From assembly GCA_964560765.1 (NCBI GenBank), contig CAZLMG010000007.1, positions 31,930 to 95,929 of the forward strand: a DNA stretch of 64,000 bases, read 5' to 3'. Below are positions 1-9,184 of the stretch, one piece after another. Position 1 is the first letter of the stretch, and each line of letters begins with the position of its first letter. The notes beneath the pieces are model-generated. The model was not told the origin of the DNA. It did no database searches and was given only the letters and a program-made list of their open reading frames with translations. A program made the position numbers and the translations under genes. Source of the DNA: an uncultured Oligoflexales bacterium (GTDB lineage: Bacteria; Bdellovibrionota_B; Oligoflexia; Oligoflexales; CAZLMG01).

Positions 1-23
1 AAAGTAGAGCGCAAGCTTCCCCA

Positions 24-872
24 TTGTTTTTACAATGTGTACTCATGGCCCTCGTGATGACGGGTTGTGGAATTAAAGTGGGGAATCCTGGAGATCCAGA
101 CGGCGATGAGGCTAAGGTAAATGGTGTTGCGGTTATGGGGTATATCTCTGGTGCAACCGTAAGCGTATTCCAGGTGACAAGCGACGGCCAGATTGGCGAG
201 CAACTGACATCAGCAACGACTTCTGGTTCAGGTCAATACAGTTTAATTCTGCGGTATTCTGGCCCAATCTTGATACGTGTTGCCGGTGGCCAGTATGCCG
301 ATGAGGCGACAGGCGAAACTGTGGCCAATATGCAGATAGATAGCGTGGCAACGGTCACGCAGGGTGACGCAGCGATTATCAATACGACGTCTTTGACACA
401 TATCGCCTCATATCGGAGCCTTTTGACTCTTGGGCAGGGTGGCGCGTCGATGATTCGCAAATCGCAAGACGACTTAGCTGCATTGATGGGGGTGTCCGGT
501 GTCGATCTCTCAACAGTAACTCCGGATGACTTTACAGCCGAAGGAGCAGAAATCGACGAAACGTCAGCGCCCGCAAAGTATGGCATGGTTTTGAGCGGAT
601 TAAGTCAGATGCTTGTCGATGGCGCATTCAGTCCGACCGATCTGCCAAATTATGTCGAGCAGCTCGCCGTTGATTTTGCTGATGGTGCTTTTGACGACGC
701 GAAAGACGGTGAACCCATTGACGATGTGTTTGTATCGTCGTCTCGCTTGCGGGAAGATCTTCCGATAGCTATCAACAATTTTCTTGGCGGGGAGAGAAAC
801 CGCTCGGGAATACCACCAAAAATGCAGAGCCCGGAGCATCAGACGCCACCTTCGGGTGGGAACTTCCGTTAA
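24..872 (+). CDS. hypothetical lipoprotein, N-terminus possibly cut by the window edge
   Basis: 282-aa ORF. N-terminus ...LMALVMTGC has a lipobox-like VMTGC. The frame stays open back to nt 3, so the real start may lie upstream of the window. No catalytic motif recognised. Confidence 0.5.
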   Translation: MFLQCVLMALVMTGCGIKVGNPGDPDGDEAKVNGVAVMGYISGATVSVFQVTSDGQIGEQLTSATTSGSGQYSLILRYSGPILIRVAGGQYADEATGETVANMQIDSVATVTQGDAAIINTTSLTHIASYRSLLTLGQGGASMIRKSQDDLAALMGVSGVDLSTVTPDDFTAEGAEIDETSAPAKYGMVLSGLSQMLVDGAFSPTDLPNYVEQLAVDFADGAFDDAKDGEPIDDVFVSSSRLREDLPIAINNFLGGERNRSGIPPKMQSPEHQTPPSGGNFR

Positions 873-878
873 CAAGAA

Positions 879-907
879 TACGTGAAGTACGTGATTCTGT
901 ACGTGAT
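879..907. repeat. three direct copies of TACGTGA (two as GTACGTGAT)
   Basis: TACGTGA occurs at 879-885, 888-894 and 900-906. The 9-mer GTACGTGAT occurs at 887-895 and 899-907, 12 bp apart. The repeats lie just downstream of the first gene's stop. Confidence 0.5.
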
Positions 908-1244
908 CGATCAGGATTTAGTGAGATCTGGCGGGATGAGCCGGGACGAAGCAGTCGCTTAACTATCTGTTAATTAAAATAAAATCGAGTGATCGTCAGG
1001 GATTGGTGGGAGTTGTCATGACTCCCTCTCTCTCCGCCACTTCCTTCCCCCCTTCGCCGCACCTCACAGGATGTTCAAGAGGAAACCGATTCTCATACGT
1101 CGGAGATTTTCCAAATATCTGATTTTGCATGTGGTTTGCTGAGCTGTGGCATACAATGGCGGTGTACTGTTACGGTGATTTGCGGGAGAAGGGTGCGGAT
1201 CCCGCAGTTTATGGTCTTTTGTCTGATATAGGGCGCCCTAGTTT

Positions 1245-2411
1245 ATGACAGAGCAACGCATCGAGCTATCGGCGGAAACGCAGATTCTCGTGGTGACGGA
1301 GAATCACGATGACAGCGACCAGATTCGACGTCATCTTAAGACCGGTGGTTTAAACGCAGTTTTGGTCGTCCAGTCTGCGATGCAAGCGTACGCGGCTTGG
1401 CGCGACAAAAAAATCGAGGTCGCCATCATCGATCAAGCGATGACGAATCCGACTGGATGGCAGTTGATTGTAGACATGAAGACTGACGAGCGTCTTCCCA
1501 ACTTCGCCGCAATTCTGTTTGGACGCAAGGATAGTGTCGTTGCCGATTCAGACCTTCGGACTTATGGCATTCCGAATTTTCTAAAAGTTCCTTGTTCCCT
1601 CAAAGACCTCATGCAGTGTGTTGTTTCGGCACACGCTGGCGTCGTGACGAAAGGGGGCATTGAAAATCGTTATACCAATGCCAAACATGCACTCGTTCAG
1701 AGCGACACCCAGAGCGCCATTTCGCAATACAAAGATCTGCGACAGACTACCGGTACGGATCGAAGTGCCATCGGGTTAGCGCATTCGTACGTCCAAGGAA
1801 AGCAGCTTTCACAAGCGGCTGCGACGCTGAATGAGGTTGCCGACCCTAGCCAGACGCCTGTTATGATCATGCGCATGCGTTTGGCGATGCAGCAGGGAGA
1901 AATGGCCGAGGCGAAGACCGTTTTCGATGAGCTGATCGTGCGGGCCGTTGGCAATGAGGTTTTGCTGCTAGAAATCAACAAAACCTGTGTCGGCTACCGC
2001 CAGTACTCTATGGCAAAAATCACTTGCGAACGGGCCATTCAGGGCGGATTCCAGAGTGAGGAATTCATGCTTGGATTGGCTCGTGCGGAGTTCGAGATCG
2101 GAAATCATGCTGGGGCACTGGAGGCGCTAGCGCGCGCCGTAAAGGTCTTTGGCGAGTCGCTCAAGATTCTCAATATCAAGGGCCAGCTATTACGATCCAT
2201 GGAAAAGCACCAGGAAGCCCTGAATGTGTACATGCAAGCATCGGCCATGTCTCCTGATGAGCCGCGCATTCTCTTCAACATCGGGCTCTGTCACTTGTCT
2301 CTTGGTAACAAAGTGCAAGCGAAGCAGATCTTGACTCGCTGTGTACAGTTGTCCCCGAATTTTATCGTCGCCAAGCAAAAATTGGCGGAGCTGATCGCCG
2401 CTGGAGGCTGA
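1245..2411 (+). CDS. receiver-like domain + TPR-repeat protein
   Basis: The N-terminal ~120 aa align by eye with the CheY fold (ILVVTENHD, VAIIDQAMTNPTG, LKVP), but the acidic pocket DD is replaced by TE/EN. The C-terminal ~250 aa are TPR-like helical repeats (e.g. ALNVYMQASAMSPDEPRILFNIGLCHLSLGNKVQAKQIL). Confidence 0.7.
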   Translation: MTEQRIELSAETQILVVTENHDDSDQIRRHLKTGGLNAVLVVQSAMQAYAAWRDKKIEVAIIDQAMTNPTGWQLIVDMKTDERLPNFAAILFGRKDSVVADSDLRTYGIPNFLKVPCSLKDLMQCVVSAHAGVVTKGGIENRYTNAKHALVQSDTQSAISQYKDLRQTTGTDRSAIGLAHSYVQGKQLSQAAATLNEVADPSQTPVMIMRMRLAMQQGEMAEAKTVFDELIVRAVGNEVLLLEINKTCVGYRQYSMAKITCERAIQGGFQSEEFMLGLARAEFEIGNHAGALEALARAVKVFGESLKILNIKGQLLRSMEKHQEALNVYMQASAMSPDEPRILFNIGLCHLSLGNKVQAKQILTRCVQLSPNFIVAKQKLAELIAAGG

Positions 2412-2850
2412 TCCGGGACACTCCACTCGAAGACCCGATAAAGCCATATCTTGGTTGTGTAGATTTCAACCAATTCGGCGGATCCTCGCCATCCGACGGG
2501 GGAGGCCCGGAGTTGTCGAGTGCTGATGTTAAGTCGCTGGTAAGTCTCCGCATTCGACTATCTGCAACTATTTTGTCCAAGTACGGATACTGTTTCCGGA
2601 AATCATCGGTGCACCCAGCGGGGACCTGCAAGTCGTCGTCAATCTAGGAACCTGAACAATTTCAAGTATATATCATTTGCTGTTCCGAAATCGCGAGTTC
2701 TACGCAGGGGCCTGCGGCTGCCCTCGCCGCCATCGACTTCACCTCTCTTTACAAAATCAACAATTTTAATCTTGATTTGCGATTAACATTAAGGTTATCA
2801 ACCACCCGCCTTTAAATCTTTAATGACTTTTAAAGTCGGAGGGTATTTTA

Positions 2851-4512
2851 ATGGTTAAGTGGCCGATATTTATGGTGAGCCTTATCTGGCTAGCAAGTTG
2901 TGGGGCAGACGAGAGCCAGCTGTCCGTAGTGCAGGGCGAATCGCAAGCTACGCTGGATAGCGCTGAATTATTGAAAATGGGCGGTAAGTCGGTCGAGGCC
3001 GTTAATGGCGCATTGAACAACATTCCGCAAGCGGCTCTGAATAACATCCGCGCCATCGCTTGCACAGCCAGCCTCGGCCACACCCTGAAAGACATCGATA
3101 GCCTCGAAGTTACTGTTGGCATCGATCCCATGAAATACTTTCCAGGCGTTGGACGAGTTGTCGGAACTCAGGCCAATTTAACCTATAGCTTTTTCCGCAA
3201 GCCCAATGGTGGGTTGCAGGGGCAGGCCTATTTGACCCCACAATTGAAAGTTGGCGCTACTGCCAATCCCGCAGAAGTGCGTCTTGGTTGGAGCTGGGGA
3301 TGCCAAGGAAGCCCCGCTCAGCGTCAGGGTTACTTTGCGAATGTCGGCGTCGGTGGCATCACAGCTGGATTTGGCGTCGATGCGGTCGCGGCATTCGCGG
3401 ACATGATGGTTGACAAAGATTCTCGACCGGTAAGTTTCAATGACATTCGAACAAAGTATTTTGCCAAAGCAGCCGAATTGGCGGAAGCGACGCGCTTATT
3501 CGCTCAGCGCGGCGTTAACAGTTCCGCCAAGGATCGATACACGACGCGTAACCCACTCTATTCGAATGCCACCTCGGCGACTGTAGACGCGGCAGTAAAG
3601 CAAGCTGACCAACTGCGAATCCCGTCCGGAGACCTTGACGCAACGATCAGTCTTGGCAGCATTTTGCGCCGGCATTTGAGCGCCGCCGATGAGGCGCGCT
3701 TTCGTCAGGTAACCACCCACGCCGAGACTTTTTTGGCTGAACTGGCTCAGGAAATGTCGGTCAAGCAAGGTGGTGAAATCGGCAATTTGGTGAAGGGCGT
3801 TCTGAAGACAAAACTGGCAGAAATCATGACTGCGCTGGAAGGCGAAATCGCCGAGCTAGGTAAGGTTTACCTGCCCGTTTATGCGCATGGCCGCTCTTGG
3901 ACGCTTGATCAGAAGAAGCTTGTCGATCACACCCGCAATGGCTTGGAAGCCATCCGCAAGACGCATGGATACTACACCATGCTTTGGGCCGAGGATGTAC
4001 TGACCTCTTATAAGTTGCGCTTTGAAGGAACTCAAAAGCTGCGTCTGCTCGTGCACGAGTGGATGGTGCAGCTTGAGCGTGACGGCGCTATTCACGGTGA
4101 CATGACGATCGGCGGAATTCATACCGGGCAGGTTTTTCATGGGTGTAATTATGTCAGCATGACGCCGACCGGTCTGGACACCTACAAGAACGTCGTTCTC
4201 TCTCCGATTAAGGTTCCAGCTACGGTCTTGAATCCATTCAAAGTGATTGCAACAGTGACAACCCTACCGTTTAAGACCATTGCGGGCTTCTTTCAATTCA
4301 AGCAAGTTGTTTCGAGCACAGCCTCAAAGATCGGCACGCGTATTAACGAGACAACGGTTGGCTTGTCGCATGCCTATGCGTTGCCCGGCACACAGTGGAA
4401 TCCAGCCGATTCGGAAAATGCTTATGTGAATAAGTCGGCGGTATTTGCTGATAAGTCCATGGCCATGGTGAAGAAGTTCTTTACCTGGTCGTGCTCGGAC
4501 TCTGCGGAGTAA
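2851..4512 (+). CDS. hypothetical lipoprotein
   Basis: 553-aa ORF with a good RBS (GGAGGG upstream) and signal/lipobox SLIWLASCGADE. No recognisable domain. Confidence 0.6.
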   Translation: MVKWPIFMVSLIWLASCGADESQLSVVQGESQATLDSAELLKMGGKSVEAVNGALNNIPQAALNNIRAIACTASLGHTLKDIDSLEVTVGIDPMKYFPGVGRVVGTQANLTYSFFRKPNGGLQGQAYLTPQLKVGATANPAEVRLGWSWGCQGSPAQRQGYFANVGVGGITAGFGVDAVAAFADMMVDKDSRPVSFNDIRTKYFAKAAELAEATRLFAQRGVNSSAKDRYTTRNPLYSNATSATVDAAVKQADQLRIPSGDLDATISLGSILRRHLSAADEARFRQVTTHAETFLAELAQEMSVKQGGEIGNLVKGVLKTKLAEIMTALEGEIAELGKVYLPVYAHGRSWTLDQKKLVDHTRNGLEAIRKTHGYYTMLWAEDVLTSYKLRFEGTQKLRLLVHEWMVQLERDGAIHGDMTIGGIHTGQVFHGCNYVSMTPTGLDTYKNVVLSPIKVPATVLNPFKVIATVTTLPFKTIAGFFQFKQVVSSTASKIGTRINETTVGLSHAYALPGTQWNPADSENAYVNKSAVFADKSMAMVKKFFTWSCSDSAE

Positions 4513-5281
4513 GAGCGGAGCTCATCCCTGTTTGAATCAGACCCTCTTTCATGATGGAATGTAGATATGCCAGTCCATGATGAGGGTCGGTATTCATATC
4601 TGAGATGAGATACTTCCAGCGATGGATGAGATCTTTCTGCACTAAAAGATCGGACATAACTCCTTGCCGATCTAGATACAATAGTACCTTAAAAAACTCT
4701 GTCTGCCGTCGATGCATGGACTGAGACTCGAGAAATCGCGCCGCATGTTCCAGGTCATGCACCAGAAACTCAAGCGCACTTTCATGGTGTTCGTAGTTTC
4801 GGTGCAGCTGTTCAGGTTCGAAAATGAGGGTGACGGGTCGTTTGCCACACGCTAGATAAGACAACATCTCTTCAGCAGTTGGCACATTCGTGACAGCAAA
4901 CAGAGGCAGGTCGCATCTTAGCCAGCGGAGCAACAACTGCACGCTGTGGCTTCGGATGCCACGCAGTCGACAGGTGGCGAGTAGCTGAGCGCAATCCGTG
5001 GGTCTAGTCTTGGAGGACAAGAGACGTTCCCAAGTCTCGTTGTGGAACGCGGGCACCTCCCGAGTGAGTCGGGAAATTCCACGGCGTCCGTGCAACAGCC
5101 AACACCAGCCAATGAGGTAAAGCGCGCAGGTTTCGGCATCAGTAGTTTTCCTTGCGATCCATTCACGGTGCAGCCAGGCAACAAATTGCGTGTGTTGACT
5201 ATGGGGCTCGACCATCACCTGGCTTGCGACTCCGCGATATAGGTACCGGACATATTGGATCGAAATATCGAATAGACGCAA
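4481..5281 (-). CDS. hypothetical cytoplasmic protein (HDLEH motif)
   Basis: 266-aa ORF, the longest in this interval on either strand. TTG start; an alternative ATG at 5215. Contains FLVHDLEHAARF and DPHHG His/Asp clusters, but I cannot assign a family. Its 3' end overlaps the convergent upstream gene by 32 nt. Confidence 0.45.
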   Translation of the reverse strand: MRLFDISIQYVRYLYRGVASQVMVEPHSQHTQFVAWLHREWIARKTTDAETCALYLIGWCWLLHGRRGISRLTREVPAFHNETWERLLSSKTRPTDCAQLLATCRLRGIRSHSVQLLLRWLRCDLPLFAVTNVPTAEEMLSYLACGKRPVTLIFEPEQLHRNYEHHESALEFLVHDLEHAARFLESQSMHRRQTEFFKVLLYLDRQGVMSDLLVQKDLIHRWKYLISDMNTDPHHGLAYLHSIMKEGLIQTGMSSALTPQSPSTTR

Positions 5282-5377
5282 GTCACAACATCGTCATCTA
5301 TCTGCAATATCCGGGAAAAATTAGTCTAGTGCCGTTGACCCGTTCAAACCATGGGCACTTCCCACCCCTAATGAGCC

Positions 5378-5393
5378 AATGATAGCTATCATT
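5378..5393. repeat. perfect 16-bp palindrome AATGATAGCTATCATT, candidate operator
   Basis: Read directly from the sequence. Lies in the divergent intergenic region between the genes starting at 5281 (-) and 5491 (+). Confidence 0.5.
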
Positions 5394-5490
5394 TATAGTA
5401 GTTCACAAGATTTGCAGGAAACAGTTCCGAAATTTCCGTGCATCTGGAATGCGGTACGAAGCCGGTTAGTACTAAATCTGAGGACGGGGC

Positions 5491-6360
5491 GTGTTCACCA
5501 AAGCCTTTCGATTCACTCTCAATCGCACCTTGCTTTCCATTTCCTTGAGCCTGTTCTTGATAACGGAGCCGGCATCGGGTGGAACTTTTCTTGGAACTTG
5601 TTTTGCCCTGGCAGAACGTGCTCTGGGTTGGACAAGAGGCCAGGCTTCCGAGCAGCCCGTTAACCAGTCTCCTGAATACTTGCAGTACCTGGCAAGCACG
5701 CGTGACGTTCCGGCCGAGGCCCCGTTGAAGATTGCGGGAAGACGGATTACAGGACAGCGTGGGATTCACCCAGAGCAATGGGAGGCGATTCAGACGCTGT
5801 CAGATATCATGGGGCGACGTGATGAATGGGTGCGTTGGAATATCAACTTGGCGAGAAGCATTCGCGAGAGAGCGCGTATCGAGAAGCGCAGCTATTTTGA
5901 GACGATGGTTCAGGTGTTAAAAGATACTGCGAAAGAGAGTGGCTTTCCGGAAGAGATCCTGATTCTAGAGGATAAGCTTTATGACCGAGGGAGTTGGTTG
6001 GCGATACTTCGACAGGGTAAGGTCTTTATTGATTCCACATTCACGACTCCACGAGGAGAGGGCGCGCACACTTCAATTGCACATGCACTTCAACTATTAT
6101 GGGTAGAGAGTCAGCTACAACAACAGGGCCATCCCAAGGGAACGATGTCTCGATACATGCGTGAGGTTCTCGGAAACCCCAAAGTCGCCGAAGTCGTGAC
6201 GTTAGGAGTGACTCATCCTTGGGGTGCTTTGTTTGATTCGTTCAGTAAGAATCAAGTGCACAGTCCTGAGTGGTTTGGCGAGTTGGTGCACACTGTTGCG
6301 CCCGATATCCCGTATGAGACCTTGATCACTGTGTACAAGGGCCTTGATGCTATCCCTTAA
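5491..6360 (+). CDS. hypothetical secreted protein
   Basis: 289-aa ORF. GTG start preceded by GAGGA with 6-nt spacing. Hydrophobic N-terminal signal-like segment LLSISLSLFLITEPASG. No recognised domain. Confidence 0.5.
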   Translation: MFTKAFRFTLNRTLLSISLSLFLITEPASGGTFLGTCFALAERALGWTRGQASEQPVNQSPEYLQYLASTRDVPAEAPLKIAGRRITGQRGIHPEQWEAIQTLSDIMGRRDEWVRWNINLARSIRERARIEKRSYFETMVQVLKDTAKESGFPEEILILEDKLYDRGSWLAILRQGKVFIDSTFTTPRGEGAHTSIAHALQLLWVESQLQQQGHPKGTMSRYMREVLGNPKVAEVVTLGVTHPWGALFDSFSKNQVHSPEWFGELVHTVAPDIPYETLITVYKGLDAIP

Positions 6361-6442
6361 TTCGGTAGAAGCTTGAATAGAAAGCCTCTACGAGTTAAAC
6401 CACCAACATCATGTTCAGTCCCCAAGAGAGGCCAACCGTTAC

Positions 6443-7543
6443 ATGTTGAACCGATATCAAAGGCAAATCATTTTGCCCGGATTTGGATTGGGTGGGCAAG
6501 AGAAGTTGCGCGATTCGAGCGTTGCCATTGTGGGTCTGGGTGGACTCGGTAGTCCTGCCGCCATGTACTTGGCCCGGTGCGGTGTGGGCCAAGTAACGTT
6601 GATTGATCCCGACGTAGTCTCCGAATCAAATCTTCATCGGCAAATTCTTTTTGAACATGCGGATATTGGTTTCTTTAAGGTCGATGTCGCTGCCAGACGC
6701 CTCTTAACGCACCAGCCAGAATTGGCCGTGACCAAGATAGCAAGTCGGATATGTGCAGATAATGCCGAGGCGATTCTTCGGGGGCATGACGTCGTCTTGG
6801 ACTGTACGGATAACTTGGCGGCGCGCTTCGCACTGAGTGACGCCTGCAAGGAGTTTGGGATCCCGGTCGTTTACGGCAGCGTCTATCAATTCGAGGGCCG
6901 TGTCGGGGTATTCTGTGCAAATGGTGCGGCATGCTACCGGTGTTTTCATCCGCCACAGCAAGAAGCCATAGCTTGTGATTCTTGCAGCGATGCGGGCGTG
7001 TTGGGGGTTGTGCCGGGTGTGATAGGTGCTATGCAAGCCGTGGAAGCCATCAAGGTCATAACCGGTGTCGGGACGCCGATCTGGGGTCAGCTAATGATAT
7101 TGGATATGCTGTCGATGGAGCCCACTACACTGGACGTTACCCGCGGGGAAGGTTGTTGTGGCGACGTGGTCTCGGAAGCGAGCGCGTTTCGCGGCATAGG
7201 CCTAAATGCCGAAAGCCAGAATGAAAGAGTCGCTCAAGAAGTGACAGCAGAAGAAGCTCTGCATGCTCCGCGGGTGGAAACGTGTATCTTTATCGACGCT
7301 AGAGACAGAGCTGAGCATGTGCAGGGCGCCATTTCCGGCGGCCTACTCTTTCAAGATCTTTCTGAATCCGAGATGGATGACTTTGCACCAGACGCCCATG
7401 TCATCATTTACTGCCAAACAGGAAAACGCTCCAAAGTTTTGGCTCAACTTTTGGCTGTGAAGTATCCACAACGACGCATTTCAAACCTGGTGGGTGGGAT
7501 GCATGCATGGCGTCGTCTTGGCGGTCCAACAAGCACACCATAG
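6443..7543 (+). CDS. moeB: MoeB/ThiF-family adenylyltransferase with C-terminal rhodanese domain
   Basis: N-terminus YQRQIILPGFGLGGQEKLRDSSVAIVGLGGLGSPAAMYLARCGVG...DPDVVSESNLHRQ is the classic E1-like nucleotide-binding fold. Zn CxxC pairs are present (CYRC, CDSC). The C-terminal rhodanese active-site loop is YCQTGKRS. Confidence 0.85.
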   Translation: MLNRYQRQIILPGFGLGGQEKLRDSSVAIVGLGGLGSPAAMYLARCGVGQVTLIDPDVVSESNLHRQILFEHADIGFFKVDVAARRLLTHQPELAVTKIASRICADNAEAILRGHDVVLDCTDNLAARFALSDACKEFGIPVVYGSVYQFEGRVGVFCANGAACYRCFHPPQQEAIACDSCSDAGVLGVVPGVIGAMQAVEAIKVITGVGTPIWGQLMILDMLSMEPTTLDVTRGEGCCGDVVSEASAFRGIGLNAESQNERVAQEVTAEEALHAPRVETCIFIDARDRAEHVQGAISGGLLFQDLSESEMDDFAPDAHVIIYCQTGKRSKVLAQLLAVKYPQRRISNLVGGMHAWRRLGGPTSTP

Positions 7544-7558
7544 GACCCTTGGCGCAGT

Positions 7559-8140
7559 CTATTCTTGGGTCAGCGACATCACGATTTCATCTTTCGGTTC
7601 GCAACCAAACTCTTCCCAGCGGTCAGAATCAGCTGCAGTGGTTATTGTCGTCAAGGAGATGCCGGTATCGGCTTTCACAACCTTATAGGTAAGCTCTGGA
7701 GAGACGCCGTGGACGTCGCGAAAGATGTCGCTATCGGCCGCCAGTTCAATGGTGGTGTCATCAAAGAATACAGAAAGCGCGCAGCCAGCCGGATCAAATT
7801 TATATTCGCGCCATCCTCGCAGTACAAAGTAGCCATCTTGGTTGAGGTGGACAACCCGGTGAATACTTAAATCGCAAGCGACGGAACGATAGACTTCGAC
7901 GACACTCGGCCCGTCAATGCGTAGCAACTTTGCATCTAGGTCTTTAAAAAATCCAAGAACGGCCTGTCGTTCTGGGGATGGAAAATTAGGTACGGCCATA
8001 GTGCTTTGACACGCAACCTCGTTGACGCTGTAGTGTCCAGATTTGATGGCTGCAGTATTGCGATCAACGTAGCTACAGTGCGACGAGACCGCACTGAGGA
8101 GTACGACGGTGGAGCAGAACCTGGCTAGCTCTTGCTTCAT
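7559..8140 (-). CDS. hypothetical secreted protein
   Basis: 193-aa ORF. Its start overlaps the stop of the upstream UDP-glucuronate decarboxylase gene by 4 nt (ATGA), implying co-transcription. Signal-like N-terminus [13 protein letters not shown]. Confidence 0.5.
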   Translation of the reverse strand: MKQELARFCSTVVLLSAVSSHCSYVDRNTAAIKSGHYSVNEVACQSTMAVPNFPSPERQAVLGFFKDLDAKLLRIDGPSVVEVYRSVACDLSIHRVVHLNQDGYFVLRGWREYKFDPAGCALSVFFDDTTIELAADSDIFRDVHGVSPELTYKVVKADTGISLTTITTAADSDRWEEFGCEPKDEIVMSLTQE

Positions 8141-9087
8141 GTCAAACGAAGCAACTGGCGAAAATAGGGTATCGTTCGTTCAAGACCATCATCGAGAGTG
8201 ATCTCTGCTCGCCAGTCGATGATTTTACGCGCCAGAGCGGTGTCGGGTCGCCGCACCTTCGGGTCATCAGCAGGAATGGGAAGGTGCTTGATCTTGGACT
8301 TGCTCTTCGTTTTGGCAATCACCTTCTGTGCAAGCTCGATCATGGTGAATTCACCCTCATTACCTAAATTCATAGGCCCGACATGCTGTTCTTGGCCCGC
8401 AAAACGGAAAATTCCTTCGACGAGGTCATCGACATAACAAAATGACCGCGTTTGGGAGCCATCACCATAAATAGTGATATCGTCACTTTTGAGCGCTTGG
8501 CAGATGAAATTACTGACTACTCGGCCGTCATCATGAGCCATACGTGGGCCGTAGGTATTGAAAATGCGAATCACGCGAATATCGACGCCGTTGGCACGGT
8601 GATAATCAAAGCATAAGGTCTCCGCGACGCGCTTGCCTTCATCATAGCAACTACGAATGCCGATGGGATTGACGTTGCCCCAGTAGCTCTCTGGCTGGGG
8701 GTGAATTTCGGGATCGCCATAAACCTCTGACGTGCTGGCCTGAAGCAAGCGGGCTTTTGTGCGTTTGGCGAGACCCAGCATGTTCATAGTGCCCATGACG
8801 TTTGTTTTAATCGTCTTGATGGGGTTGTATTGATAGTGGACGGGGCTTGCTGGGCAGGCAAAATTCAAAATCAGGTCGACTTCTGCCAAATACGGCTGAC
8901 AAACATCGTGACGGACCAACTCAAAGCGGGGGTTGCTCAAAAGATGGGCGATGTTTTGTCGATAGCCGGTAAAAAAATTATCGAGGCAAATGACCTCGTA
9001 ACCGGCATCAAGATAGCGTTCGCAGAGGTGGCTGCCAAGAAATCCTGCTCCGCCGGTGATCAAAACACGAGATGGGTAAATATTCAT
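8137..9087 (-). CDS. UDP-glucuronate decarboxylase (UDP-xylose synthase, SDR family)
   Basis: Near-colinear motif match to UXS enzymes: [97 protein letters not shown]. Confidence 0.9.
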   Translation of the reverse strand: MNIYPSRVLITGGAGFLGSHLCERYLDAGYEVICLDNFFTGYRQNIAHLLSNPRFELVRHDVCQPYLAEVDLILNFACPASPVHYQYNPIKTIKTNVMGTMNMLGLAKRTKARLLQASTSEVYGDPEIHPQPESYWGNVNPIGIRSCYDEGKRVAETLCFDYHRANGVDIRVIRIFNTYGPRMAHDDGRVVSNFICQALKSDDITIYGDGSQTRSFCYVDDLVEGIFRFAGQEQHVGPMNLGNEGEFTMIELAQKVIAKTKSKSKIKHLPIPADDPKVRRPDTALARKIIDWRAEITLDDGLERTIPYFRQLLRLT

Positions 9088-9184
9088 CCAATGAACTCCG
9101 CCATTTACTGCATTAGCCCGCGATTGTATGATAGGTTTTTCGATCTTTCATACATTTATTTCCGCTTTGGAGGGATGAGTCCCC

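Noticed and set aside
1018-1122. A 34-aa ORF (MTPSLSATSFPPSPHLTGCSRGNRFSYVGDFPNI) with a GGGAG RBS in the gap upstream of the REC-TPR gene
   Set aside because: The Pro/Ser-rich composition derives from a polypyrimidine tract, there is no recognisable motif, and the ORF is too short to judge without conservation or Ribo-seq data.
2400-2411. The REC-TPR protein ending in Gly-Gly (…LIAAGG), reminiscent of ubiquitin-like or sulfur-carrier C-termini
   Set aside because: The protein is a 388-aa helical-repeat protein, not a beta-grasp fold, and it is 4 kb from and unlinked to the E1-like gene. This is most likely coincidence.
2362-2631. An 89-aa minus-strand ORF in the 2412-2850 gap
   Set aside because: It overlaps the 3' end of the REC-TPR gene by 50 nt, has Pro/Ser/Arg-rich low-information composition, and has no RBS.
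6443-7543. The E1-like MoeB/ThiF enzyme as part of a bacterial ubiquitin-like conjugation or defence system
   Set aside because: The C-terminal rhodanese domain and the Zn CxxC pairs are typical of sulfur-carrier (MoaD/ThiS/CysO) activating enzymes. No E2-like, JAB/DUB or beta-grasp Gly-Gly gene is adjacent. The neighbouring genes are transcribed separately.
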